64,000 nucleotides of DNA. It comes from a virus. The notes below the pieces were generated by a model, which was given only the letters and a program-made list of their open reading frames with translations, had not been told where the DNA came from and searched no databases. The stretch lies in IMG/VR virus record IMGVR_UViG_3300035703_000027, positions 1-64,000 of that record. One strand, written 5' to 3'. Below are positions 55,261 to 62,901 of the stretch, piece by piece. The translations under genes and the position numbers were made by a program. Each line of letters starts with the position of its first letter. Position 1 is the first letter of the stretch.

Positions 55261-55767
55261 GGTTTGTCTCCTTCTTGGCAGACCCCCATCCGCACCCGCC
55301 CCGGGGCTATGCGGACCCGCCGCCAGCAGCCGCGCGATCGCCGCCTTGCGGGTCGGTGCGGGCTCGCCCGCCCAGAGGCACGGGTCGCCGTCGGGCGCCA
55401 CGGGCACCCACCCGCCGGCCTCGGCGGTCGTCACCCAGCCGCGGAAGCGGCCGTCGGCGTCGTGCACCTCGCGGCACCCATCGAGCCGCGCGTCCCCGAT
55501 CGCCGTGTCGGGCGTCAGGGTCACGGCCCCCGTGCCGGGGCGATCGCCCGGGTGCAGGTGGCAGGGGAGGTCTTGCACGGCCTCGCCGTAGGGCCATGGC
55601 TGGTCGCCCGTGGCAGCGCGCCACACGTCACGATCGCTGTGCGCCCACATGTCCGGCCCGAGGGCCGCGATCGCGGCCTCGACGGCCGCGGCGTCCGCCC
55701 GGGCGCCGCACACGCGGGCCAGGCGCTCCGCCACCAGGGCGCGCTGCAAGGGGGTGGTGGGGGTCAT
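55261..55767 (-). CDS. Hypothetical protein reading in frame into 54706-55260
   Basis: GGAGG RBS at MTPTTP; no stop before the next start. Confidence 0.45.
55286..55312 (-). promoter_or_regulatory. Class A promoter-like motif (N16 variant)
   Basis: GCATA-N16-GGATGG. Confidence 0.55.
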
Positions 55768-56534
55768 GGGGCCTCCGGGTCTGCGCCCGGGTGACGCGAG
55801 CTAGATGAGGGCGGTATGAATCGGGGTCGCATGAACACCTGCCGCTCGGGGTAGCCGAAGTCCACGCCGTCGAGCCACGAACTGCTGGTTTTGCCGGCCA
55901 GGTCGTAGTAGAGGCCGAGCAAGGGGCCTTTCTCCATAGCGCGCAGCGGCTCGTCGGTCTGATGGTCGAAAAGCCACATGGCAAGTTTTCCTGCGGACTT
56001 TTCACGCGCAATACAGGCCTCCAGCGCTTCTTCGGGCAGCTCGAAGGCGCCGCTCAGCCGCCCCTTACCATCCGCCCGTTGGTAGTGCCAGGTGAAATCT
56101 CCATCGCCGTACTGGGCCAGGACCACATAGCCACCGGGCACGTAGGATCGTGCCTCGACGGCATCCACCCAGCCCTCTTTTCCCGAGCCCTCTTCTACGC
56201 CTCGCACCAGCCACACGCGCCCGCCGTAAGCCACAAGCAGGCTGGCGCTATCCGATTTGCAAAACTCCATCCAGGTGGCTGTCAGGGCTGGCGGCACGGA
56301 GAGGCCTCCTCCCTGGTACATCACCTCGGTGTCACCGTCCTGAAGGAAAAAGTTGAACTCTTCGTCCCACGTTTCTCGGCAGGGCAGGTCGCCAGGGATG
56401 GCCTCCACCCCAACGTCCAAGAAAAAGATGTTGTAGGTGTGCACCAGCTCCATGATGTCGTCGCCCGAGTCGTCGTCGTGGACCACCCCGATCGTGCGTC
56501 CGTTCTTCTTCTCGAAAACGTGGTAGTAGGGCAC
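55764..56534 (-). CDS. Acidic hypothetical protein, lower GC
   Basis: GTG start; N-terminus MPYYHV resembles MTYYRV of 55260. Confidence 0.6.
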   Translation of the reverse strand: MPYYHVFEKKNGRTIGVVHDDDSGDDIMELVHTYNIFFLDVGVEAIPGDLPCRETWDEEFNFFLQDGDTEVMYQGGGLSVPPALTATWMEFCKSDSASLLVAYGGRVWLVRGVEEGSGKEGWVDAVEARSYVPGGYVVLAQYGDGDFTWHYQRADGKGRLSGAFELPEEALEACIAREKSAGKLAMWLFDHQTDEPLRAMEKGPLLGLYYDLAGKTSSSWLDGVDFGYPERQVFMRPRFIPPSSSSRHPGADPEAP

Positions 56535-56544
56535 AGCTCCGTCC

Positions 56545-56784
56545 TCACTTCACCGTCACGTGCACGCGACCCTCGACATGGTTGCCGTAGCGGTCGGTGC
56601 GGATCGCCATCCCGATGTAGGCCCCGGGGACCACGCGGTCCGAGGCATCGACCGGCCCGCGCCGGTTCTCCCACTGGACGGTCCAGGCGTCGCCGTCCTT
56701 AAAACCGCACGCGCGCAGCGCGGCCCGGTCGATCCCGTCCGGGGTGCGGGCCTTGGCCGTGGTCTGCCCTTCGATGGTGTACAT
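56545..56784 (-). CDS. Hypothetical protein
   Basis: GGAGG RBS. Confidence 0.6.
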   Translation of the reverse strand: MYTIEGQTTAKARTPDGIDRAALRACGFKDGDAWTVQWENRRGPVDASDRVVPGAYIGMAIRTDRYGNHVEGRVHVTVK

Positions 56785-56793
56785 GGGTGCCTC

Positions 56794-57060
56794 CTACATG
56801 TCGCCGTTGCTAAGGATGTAGCCGAGCGTCTCGCGGTAGCCCCCGAGCGGGGCCTCGATGACCTCGGCCGCCTGCTCCGGGGTGACGCCCTGGTCGTGCA
56901 GCTCCTTCGCCGCCCGCGGCTGGTAGGTCTTGGCCGCGATGTAGCCGCGGATCAAGTCCTCACCGAGCCCCGTCGCGACCCACTCGGCCGCGATGGTTGG
57001 GGCGGGCTCGCCGCCGGTCAGCCAGTCCCCCTGGCTCTCGATGAAGGCAATCAGGTCCAT
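56794..57060 (-). CDS. Hypothetical protein
   Basis: AGGAGG RBS before MDLIAF. Confidence 0.6.
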   Translation of the reverse strand: MDLIAFIESQGDWLTGGEPAPTIAAEWVATGLGEDLIRGYIAAKTYQPRAAKELHDQGVTPEQAAEVIEAPLGGYRETLGYILSNGDM

Positions 57061-57071
57061 GGTAGTTCCTC

Positions 57072-57431
57072 CTAACACTGTGCGCCACTTGCTTCGGGCG
57101 CGGGAAGGGCGAGCCGCTCGGCAATCTCCAGGCACCGCAGGCAGTTGGCCTTGTCGGCATGCCCGGGTTGCAGGCCCCAGAACTTGTGACTTGGCTTGCA
57201 CAGGGCGTCGCCCGCCTTGCGTTTGAGCCGGCCGCTGGCGATCGCCTCGGCCACGACGATGTGGTCGCCGCCGTCATTGGTGGCAGTTTGCGACCAGCCC
57301 ATATAGGCGTGCTTCACGACCGTCGGGAACGGCAGCCGCGCACGGAGCGCTTCGCCGGCCGCCAGGAAACCCTGCTTGGTCGCATCCGCGGCAGCACTGG
57401 CCTCGATCTCGTACTCGGTGATGGTGCTCAT
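57072..57431 (-). CDS. Zn-binding hypothetical protein
   Basis: AAAGGAGG RBS; ALCKP...NCLRCLEIAERL. Confidence 0.65.
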   Translation of the reverse strand: MSTITEYEIEASAAADATKQGFLAAGEALRARLPFPTVVKHAYMGWSQTATNDGGDHIVVAEAIASGRLKRKAGDALCKPSHKFWGLQPGHADKANCLRCLEIAERLALPAPEASGAQC

Positions 57432-57457
57432 GGGGAGCCTCCTTTCGGTGGCCTTCC

Positions 57458-57483
57458 CTATCCACCCGTGCCCGGGTTTATGC
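57458..57483 (-). promoter_or_regulatory. Class A promoter-like motif
   Basis: GCATA-AACCCGGGCACGGGT-GGATAG; its TAG is the upstream stop. Confidence 0.72.
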
Positions 57484-57670
57484 GCAGCCGGTCCGCGGCG
57501 GCACCCATCTTGATGAGGTCCAGCGGCGCGACCCAGCGCCGGACCCCATCGTCGAAGCGCACCTCGACGCCGCGCTCGTCCACGGCCAGGACCACGCCCT
57601 GCCGCAGCCCGCGCTCGTTGGGCACGGGCCGCCCCACGCGCTGCCCGGGCGCGATCGCCTCCGACATCAC
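57458..57670 (-). CDS. Small SH3/KOW-like hypothetical protein
   Basis: PGQRVG...GVVLAVD...VEVRFDDG. Confidence 0.55.
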   Translation of the reverse strand: MMSEAIAPGQRVGRPVPNERGLRQGVVLAVDERGVEVRFDDGVRRWVAPLDLIKMGAAADRLRINPGTGG

Positions 57671-57894
57671 GCCCCCTTGCCGACCGCCAGCGGCAGCGCG
57701 AGTTGGCCCTGCAACGCCGGCAGGCCAAGCCCCCCCGCAAAGCGCTGCAACGCGATACCCGCCTCGCCCCGGGCGACCACCACCGTGATGGCCTCGCCGG
57801 GTGCCTGCGAGACGCTCACGACCTCCAGCGGCAGCCCGCGGGCCTCCAGCGCTGCGACGAGCGCGTGAATGGGTTGCTCCAGTAAATGCTGCAC
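57667..57894 (-). CDS. Hypothetical protein
   Basis: Overlaps the next gene by 4 nt. Confidence 0.5.
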   Translation of the reverse strand: MQHLLEQPIHALVAALEARGLPLEVVSVSQAPGEAITVVVARGEAGIALQRFAGGLGLPALQGQLALPLAVGKGA

Positions 57895-57930
57895 GGTTCC
57901 CTCAGCAGACCAGTTACCCGCCCGCGGGGC

Positions 57931-58500
57931 TCAGGGCACGAGCTTGAACGACTGCACGACCCGTTTCAGGTCGGCCTGGATGCGGGGGACCAGCTCGGCG
58001 TTGGCCGTGTCGTAGGTCGCCAGGATGACGAACAGGTTGTCGGTCACGTAGACGTGGTGGTTCTTCTTCAGCAGCCGGTGCGTGCCCCACGCCTCGCACG
58101 CCTGCCGCTCGCCGATCGTGAGCGTTTCCTGGTTCATCGGTGTGTGCATGTCTTTGAGCACCGCAACCGCCCCGTCGCACAGCTTGGCGGGATCGATGGT
58201 GCTCTCAGCCTGCACCCGCATCACGCTGACAATCAGGTGGATGCCGCGCGCGTACTCGGCGCCAACGCTGACGAGGTTCAGGTCGAGATTGCCGGCCTTG
58301 GGCTTCACCGTCCAGCCTGTCGGGTGCTCCAGCGTGAAGCCGTCCGCGCGGCCGTCATACAGCGCGTAGGCTGCCTGGCCGGAGGCGGCGGGCGCTGCGG
58401 CCAGGGTGTCGGGCGTCGGGGCCGCGGCCGGGGTGGTGGGCGTGGCCTGGCACGCGGCCAGCACGGCGGTCAGGGCGATCGCCAGGACGATGGGCTTCAC
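57931..58500 (-). CDS. Lipoprotein, PsbP/DcrB-like fold candidate
   Basis: MKPIVLAIALTAVLAAC lipobox; FTLEHPTGW...VVQSFKL pattern. Confidence 0.72.
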   Translation of the reverse strand: MKPIVLAIALTAVLAACQATPTTPAAAPTPDTLAAAPAASGQAAYALYDGRADGFTLEHPTGWTVKPKAGNLDLNLVSVGAEYARGIHLIVSVMRVQAESTIDPAKLCDGAVAVLKDMHTPMNQETLTIGERQACEAWGTHRLLKKNHHVYVTDNLFVILATYDTANAELVPRIQADLKRVVQSFKLVP

Positions 58501-58533
58501 GGGGACACCTCGCGTTCGGAAAGGGGGAGCCCC

Positions 58534-58564
58534 ATGGTAGCCCGCCAGTTGTCAGACTTGTCAA
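58534..58564 (-). promoter_or_regulatory. Possible sigma70-like promoter with long spacer
   Basis: TTGACA-N19-TACCAT; TGACAA occurs twice. Confidence 0.35.
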
Positions 58565-58573
58565 CGCCAGTTG

Positions 58574-58605
58574 AAAGCCCTCCCGCCCCGAGGGGCGGAA
58601 GGGCT
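58574..58605 (-). terminator. Putative intrinsic terminator
   Basis: AGCCCTTCCGCCCC..GGGGCGGGAGGGCT stem followed by TT on the minus strand. Confidence 0.5.
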
Positions 58606-58759
58606 CAAGGAGCCGGTGCACCAGCACCTGCATGAACGCGCCGGGGGCAAGCTCCGGCCTGCTCTCCTATTCAAACCAGTTCCAGCCCCCAGGTTGCCCG
58701 ATGCCCCCTCAGCGTAACACGGCGCGCTGCACGCACGCTGCACGTTTGCACCGTGCACG

Positions 58760-59206
58760 CTACCGGGTTCCCCCGCACCACTTTTTTCCGTAGACGCGGC
58801 GCCGGATTCCACGCTCGTCCATCTCCATATTGGTGTGGTTGTAGCCCTCCGCCGTGAAGCCGAACGCCATGTACTCCGCCTCGCTGATGTAGCCGTTCCG
58901 GTTGGCGTCGAGCCGGGCGAAGGCCTCGTCGCACATCGGCGACGGCAGCGGATACGGGAAGCCCTTGGGGTAGAAATCGTAGGGCACCGGCGCCCTGGGG
59001 GTGGGAGTGGGGCTCGGGGCCGGGCTCCGGGTGATGAGCATCGGCCGCCCCAGCGGAGCCGGGGTGCCGCTGGCGGTGGTGCGGGTGCTGGGGGCGGCGG
59101 AGGCGCCGCCGAGGCTGATCAGGGCGGGCACGGGCGTGCCGGCCGGCACCTGAATGACACAGGCACACAGCGCCAGCGCCGCGGTAATCAACAGGGGGAT
59201 GCGCAT
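58760..59206 (-). CDS. Lipoprotein with a single EF-hand
   Basis: MRIPLLITAALALCAC lipobox; DANRNGYISEAE loop. Confidence 0.7.
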   Translation of the reverse strand: MRIPLLITAALALCACVIQVPAGTPVPALISLGGASAAPSTRTTASGTPAPLGRPMLITRSPAPSPTPTPRAPVPYDFYPKGFPYPLPSPMCDEAFARLDANRNGYISEAEYMAFGFTAEGYNHTNMEMDERGIRRRVYGKKWCGGTR

Positions 59207-59286
59207 CGGGTGCTCCTCTCGGGTGGTCCGGCCGTCGTGTTGTCTCATGTGATAAACTTTACCCCGCCGGGCAAGGGCAGGGGTCC

Positions 59287-59312
59287 CCATCCCGGGCGCC
59301 AGAGAATTATGC
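59287..59312 (-). promoter_or_regulatory. Class A promoter-like motif
   Basis: GCATA-ATTCTCTGGCGCCCG-GGATGG. Confidence 0.6.
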
Positions 59313-59336
59313 GGGCCGCGGCCCGGGGGAGGCGTC

Positions 59337-59663
59337 GTGCGCGGGGTAGACCTGTATCCCTGGCTGCGGTTCTACGTGGCTGTGCTGCGGTGCTTCAACG
59401 GGCTGTCGCTGGGCGGCCTGGTGGTGTTCGTGGTCGCCGCCACCTACGGCACCCTGCAACTGCCCCCGCTGTTCGCGGCGCTGGGCACGGCGTGGGCCCT
59501 GCTGGTCGTCGTCGCCCCGTGGCTCATGTCCATCGCGGTGCTGGGGGTGTTCCACGAGGCCGCCGCCGCCCTTGCGGACCTCGCCGAGGCCGCCGCCGAG
59601 GCGGCCCTTCACGCCGGGCGCATCGAGCGGGGGCTTGCAGCGCCCGCGTCGCACGCGTCGTGA
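59337..59663 (+). CDS. Small multi-pass membrane protein
   Basis: Two to three hydrophobic segments; GGAGG RBS. Confidence 0.55.
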   Translation: MRGVDLYPWLRFYVAVLRCFNGLSLGGLVVFVVAATYGTLQLPPLFAALGTAWALLVVVAPWLMSIAVLGVFHEAAAALADLAEAAAEAALHAGRIERGLAAPASHAS

Positions 59664-59693
59664 TCGCACGCTGCGCGCCTGCTGCGTGCAGGC

Positions 59694-59732
59694 GGCAATT
59701 CAGGCGCCGGCGGGCGTGCGGGGCTCTAGAAT
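59694..59732 (+). promoter_or_regulatory. Class B promoter-like motif
   Basis: GGCAA-N28-TAGAAT. Confidence 0.68.
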
Positions 59733-59751
59733 GGGAGCGGAGGAACGCCCC

Positions 59752-62037
59752 ATGCTGCTGGTCCCGGTTCGCTCATCCCTCTCGCTCTCGGCCTACCTGA
59801 CGCTGCTCAAGGCCCTGATCCAGGTCAAGGCCCACACCCGCAAGGATGGGACGCGGGTCCAGGCGCACACGCGCAACATCCAGTCGAGGGCCGAACGCCG
59901 CGAGCTGGTCGAGGCCCTCGCCAAGAAGATGGGGAGCGGCGAGCACACGCGCCACGCCACCCTGGCGTCCGCGGTCGGCGCGGCGCGCTTCGCCTCGCGC
60001 GCCAACGGCAAGGCCGTGCACGTCTACGAGCACGCCGACGGCGGCTGGGTGGCGACGCACGACGAGACGCACACCGAGGGCCACGACGAGAAGATCGTGG
60101 CCCACAAGGGCAAGGCGCGGCTGCACCGGGCGGGCGAGGCCTCGCGCAGCCTGGCGCACCTCAAGGGTCCGATTGCCGAGCACGTCGAGAAGCCGTTTGT
60201 GCCCAAGGTCAAGCCGGCCCGCCCCAAGGCGGAAAAGAAGCCGGCCCCGACGCCCGTGGCCCCCGCCCCGGGCAAGGTGGACTTCGGCGCGGAGAAAACG
60301 GTCAAGGGGGAGACGCACGTCCCCGTGACGGTGGACGGGCAGATGACGCACGCCTTGACGAAGGACCGCCAGACGGGAGTCTGGGCGTTGCAGCGCGTGG
60401 ACGAGCGCGACCACCAGGGGCCGGTCAAGATGACGCTGGTGCGGGAGGGGATGACCCGAAAGGAAGCCCAGCAGTACGCCGCCGCCCTCGCCGGGAACGA
60501 TGCGGGCGAGCTGGCCCGCGTGCACCAGTACGATCGCGGCGTGCCGGTGTCGGAGATGCCGCAACTCAAGCAGATGCGGGATTTCTCCGCACTGCTTACT
60601 GGGCAGGATGGAGAGGGGCGCACCTGGTACACGCAGGGGTACTACCTCTCAACGGCCAATCAGGATGACTACCTCCTGCCAGGCGCCCAAGAGCAACCGA
60701 TGGTGCGCAGTGCCGGTGTGGTGGATGAGTTCATCCCAGCCGCCACCACCCCGGTCCACCCGGTCGCCTTCAAGACCTCGCCGACCAACGGCCGAACAGG
60801 CGCCGTCGTGTTCGACAACGGCGCCGTTGCAAGCGCCGAATACGTCCAGCGGCTGATGAAGCTGCACCCCGGGGCCTCCTGGCACTACGGCACCACCGCG
60901 ACCTCGGTTGCCGGCGTCCCGATCAACGGCGTGGGCGACGGCAGCTTCCCGTTCGTGCTGAAGGACCGCCACGGCGCGAACGTCGCCATGCTGATGCCGC
61001 TGAAAGCAGAGGCCGGCAAGGACGGCCTCAAGGAGCTGGCCGACCAGGTGGCCGCCGGCTACCGCCCGGCCAGCATAAAGCCCGAAAAGCCCGGATATGA
61101 GGGGCCGGAGGGTAAAGATATGACCGACGACAACGCAGCGGAGAGGAAGGCAGGCAGTGACCTCCGGGCCGCCGTGGCGGACAAGAACGGCGCGGTCGCG
61201 AAGGCACGCATCCGCCTGCACGACGACGTGGCGGACATCTACGCCGTCAAGCACCCCGACGGGCACATCACCGCCACCGTGCACTGGGTCGAAGGACAAA
61301 AGGCGCGCACTCAGCCCCACAACAGCTTCAACCTGGAGGGGTTCACGTCCAGCTTCAGCGGACCCAGGAAGTGGGACACCATCACGGCGTTCAAGCGCGA
61401 CCTGGATCGCAAGTTCGGGGGGAAGGGCTACGTTCATCCGAACTGGCGCGACGCCCACTACGAAAGCGAGCTTGAGGTACGCGACTTCAGCGAGGAGCAC
61501 GCCAGGGCCGTCGCGATCAAGGAAAAGCGGCGCAGGGCCGAAGCAGACGCCTACCGAGCAGGTGAGTCGGGTCGCAATCAAAGCCAGCAGTCCCGTCCCG
61601 TCAACTTGGCCGAGGAGTTAGCCAGGCAGGCAGCCGTGGCGACCGGCGATCGCGCGGACCTCAAGCACCCGGCCACGCGCAAGGCCGTGGTGGACGACCT
61701 TAAGAAGCTCGACGTGCACACCCTGGCGCCGCGGGCGCGGTGGAACAACATCGACCCCGACGTGACGGGCAAGCAGCTCACCGCGCGCGTCCAGCTCAAG
61801 CGGGCCGTGCCGCACCAGATGACGTACATCAACCCGAACACGGGCGAGAACCAGGGCCGTCTGGTCGAGCATGACGGCTACGATCTTCAGTGGCACCCCG
61901 ATCGGGGCGTCTCGCTCAAGAACGACGATGGCAAGAAGGTCTGGTCCGACCCGGCGGCCACGAAGGACCCCGTGGCTGCCGTGAAGGCCGCGCTTCAGGC
62001 CGCCAACGCGCTGCCGGATATGACCTACAAGTCCTGA
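59752..62037 (+). CDS. Leader-cargo protein 12 (unassigned cargo; possible clamp-like subdomain)
   Basis: LLKALIQVKAHTRKDG leader followed by lower-GC cargo. Confidence 0.75.
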   Translation: MLLVPVRSSLSLSAYLTLLKALIQVKAHTRKDGTRVQAHTRNIQSRAERRELVEALAKKMGSGEHTRHATLASAVGAARFASRANGKAVHVYEHADGGWVATHDETHTEGHDEKIVAHKGKARLHRAGEASRSLAHLKGPIAEHVEKPFVPKVKPARPKAEKKPAPTPVAPAPGKVDFGAEKTVKGETHVPVTVDGQMTHALTKDRQTGVWALQRVDERDHQGPVKMTLVREGMTRKEAQQYAAALAGNDAGELARVHQYDRGVPVSEMPQLKQMRDFSALLTGQDGEGRTWYTQGYYLSTANQDDYLLPGAQEQPMVRSAGVVDEFIPAATTPVHPVAFKTSPTNGRTGAVVFDNGAVASAEYVQRLMKLHPGASWHYGTTATSVAGVPINGVGDGSFPFVLKDRHGANVAMLMPLKAEAGKDGLKELADQVAAGYRPASIKPEKPGYEGPEGKDMTDDNAAERKAGSDLRAAVADKNGAVAKARIRLHDDVADIYAVKHPDGHITATVHWVEGQKARTQPHNSFNLEGFTSSFSGPRKWDTITAFKRDLDRKFGGKGYVHPNWRDAHYESELEVRDFSEEHARAVAIKEKRRRAEADAYRAGESGRNQSQQSRPVNLAEELARQAAVATGDRADLKHPATRKAVVDDLKKLDVHTLAPRARWNNIDPDVTGKQLTARVQLKRAVPHQMTYINPNTGENQGRLVEHDGYDLQWHPDRGVSLKNDDGKKVWSDPAATKDPVAAVKAALQAANALPDMTYKS

Positions 62038-62089
62038 GCAGCACGGCCGCGGCGCGCGCGCAGCATGCAAGCTGCACGCGCGCCGCGTG

Positions 62090-62755
62090 CTAGAAGCGCA
62101 TCCCCACCCCGACAAAGGGGCCGTGCCCGGCGGGCGCCCAGCTCCCCTGGTAGCCCAGGGCGGCGAACACCTTGTCCCCCGCGGCGATCGCGAGGCCGGC
62201 CTGGTTGAGGTTGGCCTCCACGTCCAGGCTCACCTCCAGCGCGCCGGCCGCCTGGGGCAGCACGTGCCAGTCCGCGAGGGGCCGCAGCGGCGTGCCGCGC
62301 ACGAGCTGCACGTCGAGCGCCACCACGCCCGGGAACGTGCCCGCGAGCACCCCGAGCCGGGCGTGGGCCTCGGGCGCCTGGGGCCCAGCCTGCATGGGCA
62401 TGGCCTGCATCAGCGGGGCCGGGTGCACGGTGGTCCGGGTCTTGGTGACGATCTTGATCACCTCGCCCGCGGGGCCCGGGGGCAGCGTGGGCACCGCGGA
62501 GGGCTCGCCCGGCTGTGCTGGCATCCCGGGCGGGCGCCCCGGCACCGCGGGGGTCGCTGTCGCCACGTGGCCGCCGGCCGGCCGCACGACCACCACCTCC
62601 GTCGTCGTCTGCGTCTCCACCCAGGGCGTCGCCACCGGCGTGGGCTTACCCACCGGCGCCACCGGGGTGGGCTTGTCGCACCCGACGTGCTGGCTGGCCC
62701 ACGTCAGTACGCCCAGGACCACCGCGCCGGCCGCGCCGGCCTTCTTCTTCTCCAT
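62090..62755 (-). CDS. Membrane-anchored Pro-rich protein ending in beta strands and terminal Phe (lysis-accessory/spanin candidate)
   Basis: GAGGAGG RBS, MEKKK plus hydrophobic helix; ends PFVGVGMRF; class B motif upstream. Confidence 0.55.
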   Translation of the reverse strand: MEKKKAGAAGAVVLGVLTWASQHVGCDKPTPVAPVGKPTPVATPWVETQTTTEVVVVRPAGGHVATATPAVPGRPPGMPAQPGEPSAVPTLPPGPAGEVIKIVTKTRTTVHPAPLMQAMPMQAGPQAPEAHARLGVLAGTFPGVVALDVQLVRGTPLRPLADWHVLPQAAGALEVSLDVEANLNQAGLAIAAGDKVFAALGYQGSWAPAGHGPFVGVGMRF

Positions 62756-62781
62756 GACGCCCTCCTCAACGAGACGCCCCC

Positions 62782-62821
62782 AGCATAGGCCCCGCCAGCC
62801 TCGCCGGGCGCCCGCGTTGCC
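62782..62821 (-). promoter_or_regulatory. Class B promoter-like motif
   Basis: GGCAA-N29-TATGCT on the minus strand. Confidence 0.7.
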
Positions 62822-62901
62822 ACCGCGCAGCACGCACGCGGCACTCGCGCTGCATGGTGGCAGCGTGCGCGCAGCGCCAGGGGTGCGCGCACGCTGCGCG
62901 C

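Noticed and set aside
21910-60230. Leader repeats as a CRISPR array or IS-like repeat family
   Set aside because: They are ~400-bp in-frame protein-coding segments kilobases apart, with no spacers, cas genes, terminal inverted repeats or transposase.
13681-62821. Class B TGGCA as a sigma54 -24 box
   Set aside because: The TTGC -12 element is missing at the required distance; the conserved partner is a TAnnnT hexamer 28-29 nt away.
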